DNA of 54,522 nt, filler included, from Catajapyx aquilonaris (taxonomy: Eukaryota), in NCBI GenBank assembly GCA_000934665.2. It is 2 parts of 2 records of this genome, joined end to end, with 100 filler letters (N's around TTAATTAATTAA, not from the genome) between each part and the next. Parts side by side here need not be neighbours in the genome. Positions count along the whole stretch, not along the records: positions 27,262 to 54,522 come from JYFJ02005110.1; 1 more part is not named here. The stretch is one strand, 5' to 3'. The notes under the pieces were generated by a model. That model saw nothing but the letters and a program-made list of their open reading frames with translations. It ran no database searches and was not told the origin of the DNA. Below, piece by piece: positions 36,509 through 48,746 of this stretch. Position numbers and translations under genes: made by a program. Each line of letters begins with the position of its first letter. Position 1 is the stretch's first letter.

Positions 36509-39500
36509 TCAGAAATATTCATCCGACTCTCTGGCCATTTCCAATTCCCTTAGCTTCTGTTCCTTTTCCTGTCGCCTCTGCTCCTTTTCCAGTCGCTTCT
36601 GCTTTTTATCCAGCTCCTTAGTCAGCCTCTCCTTTTCGAAGGTGAAGGCGACCTTGAAGGCAGACGTTTCCCACTGACCCCCAACCTGCAACAGGAGGAG
36701 GAGCTTGGACTGGGTGGCCCTCAGTGCCCAGAACTCCTGCTCCCAGACGTGGCTGTTCAGCAAGGTCAGGGCCCTAATCTTGACCTGTTGAGTGGACAAT
36801 CGACACTCGCGGTCCAGCATTATAGCCTCGTGCAATTTATCAGCCGATGCCTGCATATAAATCAAGCCCACATAATAATCACACATGCATTATAAGGAAT
36901 GTTCATTGTCGCAATTTTGAACACATGCCTTCCTGACATGAGGGAACTTGCTCATGAGCATGACGCACACTTGTCCTAGACACGTCTTGCGATTGGTCTC
37001 ATCCACTGCCGCCAAAAGCAAGAGCAAGTCTATTGCCGTGAACTGCTCGTCGACTTCGAGTTCCGCACCTTGCACCATCTGGACCACGAGCTCCGACAGT
37101 CCCTGGCAGACTTGCATGTCTTCCTCGTTCTTCGCCTGTAAGACCGGCAACATGAGCCCCGACTCCATAATACGCTCCAAGAACACTAGGGTCGAGCTGG
37201 GGATCTCGCAGAACACCACCGGAAGGAGCCTCCAGATCATCTGCAGTGTGTGCAAGCCAGTATCGGTCTGGAGGGATTCCAGGTAGGCGTACAGGCAGCA
37301 CCTGCTTCTCACGCTCTGTGGGGAAATACATGAGCAGTAAGTAATCTCAGTTTGCTCTTGAACGGCGACTAACCATCAATTCGGTCTCTCCTCCGATGCC
37401 CTTGATGATGCCAAGCAACGCTCGGTACATGTACGGCTCGAGGTTAATCATCTGCAGAAACATCGGTAGGGTCTCCCTCTCGTCCGCCCAATTCAGTGCG
37501 GCGGTGCCACTTGCCGTGAAAAGCACGTCTGCGATGTCCCTCCCTTCCATTCGCAGCTTCGGTTCTCTGATATCGAATAAGGAAAAGAATCACACAATCT
37601 ATATAGCCATTGCGGCTATCAAAAGCTGCGACGTACAATTGGATAAGCTCATAGAAAGCTTTCCCAGCCAGCACCCTGAGGCTTGATACCGGCTCCAACG
37701 CCTGTTGTATGAGCCTCGACACGATCTTATCCATCAGATGCTGACTCAGGATTGAATCATCTGCCTCTTGTACCTTCGGGGTCAGCTCCTATGCAAAAAA
37801 ACAAAAACAAAAAACAAACAGGTCGATTAATGAGCAGAGGACTTGACCATTGTCATTGGTGATGTCTGACCATGAGGGCAGAGATGGCTGCCTCCCTGAC
37901 CAAGCTTCCGATTTGACCTCGGTTGTCGATCGTGTAGTCGTCCATGCTGGCCAACAGGAGCTCGAAAATCACGTCCAGATCTGAGCGTGTCAGATGAGCA
38001 CCAGCTGGAGGCTGCTTCTGCGGAGACACCACGATGGGCAGCTTGTTGCAGAGGCTCTCCACGGCCATGATGGCGTGTCGACGGCCCTCCACGAACAACT
38101 TGAGCTGCGGATCCTTGCTGCTGAGGGCGCTGTCTCTAAGCGCCACCAGGACCTCCGTCACGTTTCCTTCCAGCAGGGAGTTCGGCATAGCACCTGAGGA
38201 ATAGAAAAAAAATAATCCATGAGCCACTTTACATGACTTTTTGGGGGATCACATCCTACCTATGGCCAGAGCCCCGCCGCACCTGACGTTCTCCGTGTCC
38301 GACTGAAGTGCCCTGATGCAGTGAGTGATTATGTATTCGCGGAATTGCCTGTCACGCTTCCCAGCTTGGAATCGGAAGAGTCTGTTGCACAGAGCCACGA
38401 AGACAGGCAACGCAGCTTGCCTTGTGTCCTTGTCCACGTTCTCCAGGCTGCCTCTCACGGTTTCCTGGCACATGGCTGCTGACATACACTTTATTACAGT
38501 ACTTATTACATTGAAGTGCTGCACATCAGTGTTTACCTATCACTTGTGGGGAGTCGTCCAGTAGCATTCGAGAGTGTATGCAAGCATGGATCATCCGGAC
38601 GGAAGCCTGTCGCATCATCGGTTCCCTCAGGTACGCGGGTGTGTTGATGCTTCTGGACCACTCCTTCAGTATATCTGCCACCAGTTGCAGCAGGGGACCT
38701 GCAACGCAAGGTACATATAGATGGGGGAAGAATCACCGCAAATCCGACCATTACTTTCGTCAAACTTTGATTTGTCGTAGGTGTCATCTGGATGAGGCGG
38801 CCGTGTTTGTACGTATGTGCCAGCTGCGTACGTGACCTCCGCGATGCAAGCCAGGCCAGCGTGCTTCGCCCTCTTGTTGGAGCTCGAAAACGCTTCGACC
38901 AGCTTAGGAAGCACCTCCTCTACCACGTAGGTAGGTATGACCAGGGTGTACCGGTGCAATGCCTGCGAAACACAAAGTTGGGTGTGTGTACCCATCATTC
39001 AAAACTCGTGACGTCCTTTTATACCTCAGCGGTCAGCTTCCGAACCTCGATGTCAGTATGGCTCAGGTACTTGCCCAACAGCTGCTGCACGATGACTTCT
39101 CGGTACGTATAGAAAACAATCATGAAAGAGCTGAGGAACAGGCGCGAAATGAAGATATTGAAATATGAAGAGCTTGCAATTTTCGTGGGGGATTTCACGT
39201 GTGAAGCTGACCTTAAGTCGACGAAGGCCGCCCTCCTGTGTGCCACTGTGTGGACGGTAGCCTTCCGGTACAGTTCGTATCCGTTCGGCACTGCCACATG
39301 ATAACGAATCAGCTCCATCAGCGCCTCAGAAGCTGCTTTCCGGAGAAACCTCTGCATAAAATGTATCTTGTTTATAGAGCGCTTTTTTTACGCGCTCAAC
39401 CGAGAGCGCACCCACACTCGCGCAGCTCCATTGAGATGCGCGAACAGTGGTGCGCAATCGTTATGATATAGACTCATCACTCACATCCTGGTCGAACATG

Positions 39501-42384
39501 GCGCAGTTAAGCAGATTCCCCGCGATCCATTCGGTGAAGGGCAAGAGCTTCTTGGGAGGAAAGGAGTTGGCGAAGGACCACAGGACGTAGCAGGCAGCGT
39601 CCCGGACGTTCACTCCGACGGTGGACGTCCCTCGCGGCTGCTCGTACTGGAGGGCGTCAATCACTCCGATGAGGCAGGCCCTCAGCCGGGAAGGAAGAAG
39701 CAGGCCATTCCGAGCTAAGGAAGGAAAAACATATTTGCAATTTTTTAAAAAAATGATCAGCAATGATTTGCCATTGTTTGAATGAACACATGCCAAGCTC
39801 AGCGGCTGCGACGCATGCTCCGTGCCATCTGCTCAGAATGTCTGTAGGCGTGTAGAACTTTGCGATCACATGGTCCATCACCTCGTACCCGCAGGACTTG
39901 TTCATTCGCTGGGTGATCATGATCAGCGCCTTGGCCGAGAACCACCTGGAAAAAAAAGTTCAATGAGTGTGGACCACTGGAGTTTGGCTGGTGGAATTGA
40001 TGAATCTATATAATTATGTAGTTAAACCTGATGGCACTGATTTTGTCGCCGACTCCCAAGAGCAGGACCTCCACGACGTCGTCGATGAGCAGCGGGATGA
40101 AGATGTCCTCGTTGGGAAGCTGCTTCTCGTCGAAATCGTCGTCCTCGAAATCGTCGTCGTCGTCGTCGTCGTCGTCCACCTCCGCGTTCTCTTCTTGGTC
40201 GATCTCCTCTTGGTCGTCCTCTTCCTCATTCTTCTCGTCCTGTCCTTCCTCCTTTCCTTGCTCCTTCGATGAGTCACTTCCTTGCTCCTTCGATGAGACA
40301 CTTCCTTGCTCCTTCGATGAGTCACTTCCTTGCTCCTTCGATGAATCACTTCCTTGCTCACTTCCTCCCTCCTTCACTTTCACACTACCTGATGTCCCAG
40401 AAGAACGCCTTGCCAATGCTATGATGGTGGAACGGTTCGCCTTTACTTCCACCTTCTGCTTGGCCAACCTCTTCCTGGCCATCACCAGGCCCTTGACCTT
40501 GACCCTCAGAGTGTGTGCCTCTTGACCCATCGCAGCCAGCCTCTCCTTCTCCTCATGCTCTGTTCTCCTCTTCCTCGCGTCCTCCTCCATGTCGAAAGGC
40601 AGCAGCTTGTCCAGCACCAGCTCGTTGTCGCACTTGTACTGCCAGCGGGTCTCTCTCCACGGGAGCATAATCAGTCCTAATAAGGATTCGTTCACACACC
40701 CGTTATCATCAAGGTGGTAATCACTGGGCCGTACACTGGAGTACCACTCGCAGGTGTACACAGGAGTACACCGAAGTGATTGGTTATTATATACATTACC
40801 GGTAAATTTCAAAGTTACACTCTAAGAAATGTCCGGGTTAAATGTATTTATCCCGGAAAAAATATCACTTTTGTCATGGTTATTTAACCCGGGCATTTCT
40901 TAGTCATGGTTATTTAACCCGGACATTTGTTAGAGTGTATACATTCTAAGAAATGTCCGGGTTAAAATAACCATGACTAAGAAATGTCCGGGTTAAATAA
41001 CCATGACTAAGGAATGTCCGGGTTAAATAACCATGACTAAGAAATGTCCGGGTTAAATAACCATGACTAAGGAATGTCCGGGTTAAATAACCATGACTAA
41101 GAAATGTCCGGGTTAAATAACCATGACTAAGGAATGTCCGGGATAAATAACCATGACTAAGAAATGTCCGGGTTAAATAACCATGACAAAAGTGATCTTT
41201 TTTTCCGGGATAAATAGGCCTACATTTAACCCGGACATTTCTTAGAGTGTACCTAGCCTGAGGGCCAGAACGGCGCAGAGCTTCCTGATTTTGATGTTCT
41301 GGTGACGAGCAAGCTGCCGGGTGGTGAGCAGGTACAGGATGGTGTTGGTGTAGCCTATGAGCAGACTGTGGGTACCCATCTTGTACACTTCGCATAGGGT
41401 CTGCAGGATTCCCACCTTCATGTTGACGGAACTGTACTTGTCCACCAGCACCTGTGCACACACGGTATAATAATTAAGACGTATATAAATAATTATAAAC
41501 ATTAGACTGACCCTTGTGGCCCAGATCATGTACCGTCCGAAGAACCGCTCTTCGATCTCCGAGTGCGTGATCAGCCTCCCCATAACACGAGCGGCTGCCT
41601 CCTGCACCTTACCGCACACGTCCGTGCACCTGATGCACACCTCCCACACCCTGTGTTGCACCACGTTGATGGCTGTTCCGTCACGTCTGACTATCATGGG
41701 CACCTTGTAGTTGCTCAGATCGCAAGGATTCATCACTATGAAGGACAGCCAGAGCAGCAGGACGTAGCAGGTCTGCCAGCTCGCCTCTGGGTGTTCCGGG
41801 TGGGCCTCCAGGACACCCAGGACTTTCTCAATCACTGACACCTGGAAATGATGTATAGCAGGGTAGCTACAAGAAAGTGTCGTCACAATATATAACCCGG
41901 TTTGACTCACGTCATGAGGCAGCTGCACAACCACGATTAGGTCCCCTCGGATCCTGCAGAAGGCGTAGATGTACTCGAGGGCCTCGTGTTTGAGGTCCTG
42001 GTGCGACTTGGGTCCCAGGATGTATCCGGCCAGCGTGTCCAGGAGATTGGGCAGGTCCTTGTCCAGAAGGTGGTTCTGAGCCTCATACATCAAAAGGATG
42101 GAATTCAGGTGCTCGTAGGCAGCCTCTTTGGAGTGCTTGGCGTGGCAGATTTTGGGAAGGGTGTTCACGATGTCCATCACGTTCTCCGCTTCGACAAAGT
42201 AGGTGTTGCACATCCAAGGTGGCAGTTCGTGCGACCTGTCTCGACGCATGTCTTCCAGCTCCCAGGTGAAGCGTCGCCCTTCGATCAATGCCCTGGCCAT
42301 CCTGCTCATCTCCTCCACTGAAGTCGTCTTCTTCAGCTCCATCGTCTCCTCCTTGTGGTACAAATAAACCAGACTCTCCCCCAT
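36509..42384 (-). CDS. TBCD: Tubulin-specific chaperone (cofactor) D-like protein, divergent
   Basis: Many phase-compatible exons: 41911-42384, 41512-41841, 41253-41451, 40028-40676, 39794-39945, 39485-39714, 39212-39351, 39025-39130 and further exons down to 36509. Motifs YEAQNHLLD, YVLLLWLS, WHGACVAAAELARNGLLLP, NVRDAACYVLWSFA, DDYTIDNRGQIGSLVREAA and FPHVRK. 3' exon boundaries not all verified. Confidence 0.88.
40254..40365 (-). repeat. Coding 24-bp minisatellite (SKEQGSDS, about 4 copies) next to an acidic tract in TBCD
   Basis: Repeated cttccttgctccttcgatgagtca. Confidence 0.9.
40818..41249. mobile_element. Two adjacent CMC/EnSpm-like MITEs (40818-40937 and 40942-41249) with an internal 30-bp tandem array
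   Basis: Termini CACTCTAAG...CTTAGAGTG flanked by TA. About 8 copies of aagaaatgtccgggttaaataaccatgact with no spacers. Confidence 0.85.
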
Positions 42385-43244
42385 TGCCTGTCCAGTTGTT
42401 GTCGCGTGTGTCTAGGAGATTTGTCTGAAAGCAGGGAGAATCGTTGCATGGTTGGTCTATGGACATTTCTAGTTCCTAGAGCTAAGATTGTTCATTGCAA
42501 GTTCATATGAAGAAAAAAGAGTCCATAAAAATGGGATCACTTACATGGTTATTGTAGTGCTTCGGAATAATTTCGTGTAAGATGGGAATGTCACTCAAAT
42601 TTAAACATTTCAGAGTTCCAGATGTGCTACGAGATGATGTTGCATTCAGAAGTGAGATGGTTCCACTTCATACTGATTTTTTTTGCAACAGTGAACAACA
42701 ATGGAACGGGGTGTGTCACCATAGTCACCATTCAAAAAAAATTAGCCTTTGTTATTATTGTACTAATAAACTTCACAAAGTGAAAAACTTGCAAGTACGT
42801 ATAAGGAGAGTTATTTTTATTTATTAAAAAAAAATCAATGAAAATAGATGCACTGAGCCCAATTGAGCTATATCACTACTGTGCTATCTATGTATAAAAC
42901 ATGTCATATAAAGGTTCATATAAATATAATAAACAATGTAAAACAATATTATAAAAATTACAGCAACCATTTAGCGTCACGTTAATATGGGCCGAGTCGT
43001 ACTATATATATGTTTTGTCATGTAAAAATATATTGTCACAATAAGCCATCCATAAACTTCTCCCTTCTCTACTATTGGACTGTGGACATGAGAAGCACAC
43101 GACTCTGTGCAGGCCTCCTTGATCCTTGATGGATAAGGTTGTATACAAAAATGATGCAAAAATATTATCTTGAATAAATACCCAGTTATAAAATTATAAA
43201 TAACAATAGGATGCAATGGTGAGTGTGAAGTGATTGAACCGCAA

Positions 43245-43973
43245 TCACACAAAATAATGGTCATCCGGTTCTTGAGCAAGCGTTGGCTTGGGTGCTGCAC
43301 AGACGCATCCAGTGTATACCACTTCTTGCTGCTTGCGACTGCGACGATTCTGGTTGTCTCCTGCATCATCATTGTCTGCCTTCTTTCTGGTTGTGACAGG
43401 GATGGTGGAGGTGACCTGCACGCAGGATGCTCCAGGGAAGCGGCGGCTGCAGTCCTCCTCTGGACAGAGGCACTTCAGACCCAGGACCAGGCTGGGACTG
43501 CGGCCCTTCTGGTGGTCCACCACCCAACGGACGGGGCACGAACCCAGGACCACAGACTCCCTCAGCCAGACGGGCTCAACCTTATTGCAAGACAATTATT
43601 AGGAATAAGTGTCACATCCGCCCAAGTGTGTACACAACAATAAGAGTGAGCGTACCTGCATGTCCCTCAACGGAGCATGAAGATACTCCACCACGTTGAC
43701 GTTCAGGTCCTGACACGACCTCTCCTGCACCATGAGGTCTCCCTGGTGGAGGTGCAGGGCAGCCTCTGGTACCACGATGGCCGTCGACTGGGGGCAGCGG
43801 TGGTCGTGTCTGCTGCTGGACACTGCACTTCTGCTGCGATGCCGACCAGACCTGGTCCTGTTCTCCAGCCTTACTTCCAGCCAGTCCTCAGCCGAAGAAG
43901 GTGCAGGTATGGCCTGGACCAACTCTGCTGCCACCAGACAGAAGGACAATGCGAGGGAAATCAACTGGTTCAT
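43245..43973 (-). CDS. Secreted IL-17-like cystine-knot protein, 217 aa
   Basis: Phase-0 exons 43656-43973 and 43245-43580. Signal peptide, RTRSGR/RHRSR basic sites, and SCPVRWVVDHQKGRSP...KCLC...DC...SCVQV...IPV...VYTGCVCA. TATA-like run near 44020. Confidence 0.75.
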
Positions 43974-44646
43974 GTTGCTGTTACAAGTGACTGACTCTCA
44001 TTTCGGATCCTCTGCAATTAATATATATACTCACCTGAGACACCCGAATAATCCCCGTTCATTTTCCCCGCTCAAAATTTGCTCTTGTTTACACATGGCA
44101 GGTAGAAGCATCTTATCAGTGACGAAAGGCAGCTTTGGAGTTTGCACCTGAGCTGATAAAGGCATCCCTTCCCCCATCGAATATCTACCGGTCAGCGATT
44201 GGATAAGGTGTAGTACGCGACAATATCAATGCGGCGATTAACGATGATTCATTTACTTGTATTGTATTGAGGATTCCCCCTGCGGGGGAACCTGTCTTCG
44301 CGGGAAAATGTTTCGATGATGACCATGAGTCAACTACACTTAAAACAAGATAGGAGTTACGAGAATTTTAGTACACAATACATGAATATTAATGCTATAC
44401 ATTTTCTCTACTACTATTACCATATGAATTTATATGGCTTTCAAGTCCACAAGTGCCAACACAAGTGAGGGAAAATTACGTATACCACTTGAAACATGCA
44501 ATTTTTCCCTGCAAATTATACACCAAAATTGACATCACACTGATCCTTAGACAATATGTTGGTTATTGTATTGGATGGGTGAAAGTATATGTGCACGCAC
44601 ATGGGAACATGGATGGAATTTTCGTACACAGTAGCAAATGTCGCCA

Positions 44647-47565
44647 TTAGTGAACCATTTTCATGTGAATTTTAAGTCCAAATGAAGTCTTAAACTGTTT
44701 ATCACAAACAGGGCACTTAAAGTCAAATCCTTCCTTTTCCTTGTGTACCGTCATGTGAAATTGCAAATGATGAGCTTCGCTAAACTTCTTCTCACACACC
44801 GGACAACTAAAGGCCTCCTCCTCATTGTGTATCTTCATGTGAGTTTTCAAAAATTGCGCTCCAGTCAACTTCTTTTTGCACACAGGACAACTATATGCCT
44901 CCTCATCATCGTGTATCTTCATATGGGTTTTCAGCCATTGTTCTCCGCTGAATTTTTTTTTGCAAATCTGGCAAGAAAATAATTGCTTCTCGTGGCGGTA
45001 CATCTTCATGTGAGTTTTCAGATCATATGCGGAACAAAAATTCTGTTTGCAAACTGGACAACTGAATTCGTCTTTCTTCATCTGAGTTTGTAAAGCATCT
45101 GCGGAACAAAACTTCTGTTGGGAAACCAGATTAGTGAATGACTCGGCATCACTGTGTGTCTTCATATGAGTTTTGAAATCGAAATCAAAGCTGAACTTTT
45201 GTTGGCAAAACAAACAAGTAAATGGCTCCATATTCTTCTCCATTTTCATATTGCGTAACCTCTCTTCTCTCTGAAAGTCAAACGTAAATCATATATATAT
45301 TCCTTCAAAGACATCTACTGACATTCCAGTGCCTGATTGACATACCTGATTGATGGCTTCATGAGTGACGGACAAAGGATCCTGCACATCACTTAACATG
45401 GCGACTAAAGAGTCTTCCTCCATTACCTCAACCTTAATGCCCTCTTCCGCAGAGGTGGAGGGATTATTGAAGGACAACAGGGGTTCCTCTGTCAATTCCT
45501 TCAACATCCATGATTCCTCTGGAGTGACGCTGGTGTCACCTTCTTCGTCCATCTCTTTCTTGATAGGCAAATATATGGTCCTGAAAAATAATACGACAGT
45601 TATAGATGCGTTATAGATGAGTGTTTGCATAATTTTATTGCAGATAAATTACATTTGCACGTTACATCCACTTCACTTGTTAGCATCTTTTGCCTGTACA
45701 TCTTCCCTTTCGTATAGGATAAGTAAATCTCTCTCAGCAACAATTGCACTGTTATGTATATTGCAATCCTCTTTGTTGCAAACCCACAGAGTTATGCAAA
45801 ATTTTCTTGAAATCCTGGGAACTCAGTTGCTTTGTGTCAAACGACGCTGCTGTTAAGATAACTTACTGCTTCAAACATGACAATTTGTACTAGCATGTGA
45901 TTTTGCAATTGAGAAAAGTGATTAAACTCACTCGAGCAAACATGACCAAGTGGCTTCTGTGTTTTCTTGTGACCAGAGAGGCGTGTTAACTTTTTCTTCC
46001 GCACTGTGAGTCTTCATGTGAGCTTTCACATTATATTCCGAACTAAACTTTTGTTTGCAAATCAAACAAATAAATGGCACGTCCTGACTGTGTATCTTCA
46101 TATGAATTTTCACATCATATGCAGAACTAAACTTTTCTGTGCAAACCAAACAGGTAAATGGCTTCTCTTGAACGTGTTTTTTCATGTGAGTTTCCAAATC
46201 ATATGCAGAGCTACACTCTTGTTTGCAAACTACGCAGCATATTTGACTCTTGTGCTTATTCACGTGAGTTTTCAAGTCAAACGAAAGACTAAACCTTTCA
46301 TCGCATATTTTACAACTGTATCGCTTCTTTGCAGCATGTTTCCATATTTGCCTTGTCAAACCAGATGATTGACTGGATTTCCTCTTGCAATCCCGGCTGA
46401 AAAATGACTTCTTTTCTGCACTGCTTCCCGCATCATCACTTTTGAAATACTGATGTCCAGATGAGCTTCCGTCTACGTGTTTCTCAGTCGGCATCTCCAC
46501 TTTCTCTGTGTGAAACCTCGCTTCTCCCTGAAAGTCAAACATAACTCGGGTAATCCTTCAAAATATTACCAATTAATATATTAACACCATAGACCGCTAA
46601 GGGCAGGTTCTATTGAAGCGAATTAGTACAAATCACTGATTATGCATGTACTGTATTTTTAATTATTCGTTTTCATTAAGCATTTGCAGCATGGTACTAC
46701 ACTGACGTACCTGATGGACGTCTTCATGTGTTATGGACACGAGAATGTCCACATCACTTGGCTCGCTTGACACACTGACCAACGACTGTTCATCCATCAC
46801 CACCACCTTGCTAATGTCCTCTTCATCACTAGTCGAGGGGTTATCCAAGGACAACTGGGGTTCCTGCTTCAACATCCACATCTCCTCTGCACCATCAACT
46901 TCCTTGACAGGCAAAACTATATGCCTTTTCATATGAGTTTTCAAGTCAAATGCAAGACTGAACCTATTGTTACACATTTTACAGCTATATGGCTTCTTTG
47001 CAGCATGTGTCCATATTTTCCTTGATAAACCAGATGATTTCCTTTTGCAATCTGGCCGAAAAAATGCCGTCTTTTCTGCACTGCTTCCCGCAGCATCCCG
47101 TTTGCAAAGTTTCTGTCCAGACGAACTTCCTTCCAGGTGTATGTCAGCCTCTGACTCTGTCACCTTCTCCACATTCTCTCGGAGAAACTTCCCTTCTCCC
47201 TGAAAGTTACACAAGTTTTCAATTAGTCCTTCAAAGAGCTGCGGCATATCTAATTACAGAACCCTAAGATCAGTGTACATAATAACTGCTCAAATCATTC
47301 AGGGTCAACAGCGAGTCAGAATCAATACCTGATGTACGGCTTCATGAGTAACGGCCAAGGGATCCTCCACATCGCTTGGGTTGCATGACACGGCGAACAA
47401 CGACTCCTCCTCTATTACCTCCACCTTGACATTCCTAATGGCGTCTTCGGCAGATGCATTATCAAGGCTGATCAGCGGTTCCTCCTTCACCCCCAACATC
47501 CACAGCTCCTCTGCGGAGACGCTAGCCTCACCTGCTGGCATCTCTTCCTTGATGCGCAACGACAT
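44647..47565 (-). CDS. Multi-module C2H2 zinc-finger protein (three acidic-linker plus finger modules), about 726 aa
   Basis: Exons 47329-47565, 46711-47199, 45932-46527, 45346-45580 and 44647-45270 are all phase-compatible, giving about 11-12 fingers. It could alternatively be two transcription units. Confidence 0.8.
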
Positions 47566-47869
47566 TGCGCTGCAAAAATAATAACCCAGTTACATACTTC
47601 AATACGTACGCACATTTGTGTGCCGACAAGTATGATTTTATTTGTGCTAATAAATTCTACCAAACATTACTTGTCCCAATTGTTTCACACCACTTCTCAA
47701 CTTCTCGCATGAATTTCCTTTTAAAGCAACTTGTGAGGTCAAAAGTATGGCCGTACCCTTCCAGCCTTTCCTCCTGCTCACCCTTCAGCAGGATCCGGAC
47801 GAATCCGACCCAAAAGGAAGATCTAGGCGACAGAAAAGGCAATAGAAAACAACTTCAACGTCTCAAAGT

Positions 47870-47980
47870 GGCAGCCATCTTAGATCTGATGACGTCACGA
47901 AAGGTGCGTTCCCACCGCTGCAGACAACGAACCGCGTGTGGTCCACACGGAACGATGGCGTTAAGCGCTATTGTCGTAAA
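47870..47980 (-). promoter_or_regulatory. Conserved core promoter of the zinc-finger family, copy 3
   Basis: gccatctt, tgacgtcac and ggaacgatgg..ttaagcgctatt, as in copies 1 and 2. Confidence 0.6.
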
Positions 47981-48049
47981 GCAGGAACTGTTACAATCGC
48001 TGCTACCGCTAATCATTAAGTTACTCGATTACTTTAAAATAATAATAAT

Positions 48050-48348
48050 TCATAATTCATAATTATTCATACCCCGTCATCAGCCGGCGCGGCGGCCCTT
48101 TAGGGGGGATATTTTTTTGACTGGAACTCTTCGTTTTCGTTGCTACTGCGCTTTTTGGGATAGGATAGGAAATGAAGGAGGCGGCTGTGGCCTATTAGTT
48201 TAGGAAACAACTCCGGAATTCTCCTGAAGGAACCGTGGGATACCACAGAAAACCACTGTTAGAGTTGCCGGCACCGGGATTCGAACGCAGGACCTCCCGA
48301 TTAGCAGTCGGATACCATAATTATCCCCTCCGCCACCACTGCTTCGGT
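48050..48348 (-). mobile_element. tRNA-derived SINE (family 2)
   Basis: The reverse complement aligns end to end with 13548-13821. B box gttcgaatccc and an (attatga)-type tail. Confidence 0.88.
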
Positions 48349-48746
48349 AAAAAATAATAACAATTAAATATTATGCTGTTAGATTTGATCTCAAGTGGGA
48401 GTCTACCTGGCACATATTTTTAGATTAAATTGAACATAATTACACATTACATTACCCACATGGTTTGTACTGTGCACTTACACTCTTGGGGGGGTTGAAC
48501 AAACGAGCGATGTCCTGGGGACGTCCCTGGGACGTACATTTTTTCCCCCGTGAAACTCCATGGATACTTGTATGTACTGTGGACGTCCTGCGGATATCCA
48601 AATATCCATGGAGCTTCAGTGGATAGGATGTTCCGTGCTACTTGGGATTGTTACTTATTGCAATTACATTACTTACACGTACAGTATGTGCTGATTAATT
48701 GGCGTCGTGTTTGCATAGTGTTGCTGCGGCTCCTGCTTCCTATGTC

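Noticed and set aside
40014..40525. Ser-rich and Arg/Thr-rich ORFs overlapping TBCD exon 4
   Set aside because: Alternative-frame or antisense shadows of a low-complexity coding exon.
40942..41190. 30-bp repeats resembling a CRISPR array
   Set aside because: The units are contiguous with no unique spacers, lie inside a TIR-bounded MITE in a spliceosomal intron, and there are no cas genes.
23091..42384. DNAL4 plus TBCD as a cilia/microtubule gene cluster
   Set aside because: They lie on opposite sides of the artificial linker, so adjacency is not biological evidence.
36509..43973. GC-rich coding sequence as horizontally acquired bacterial DNA
   Set aside because: The genes have spliceosomal introns and belong to eukaryote or animal families.
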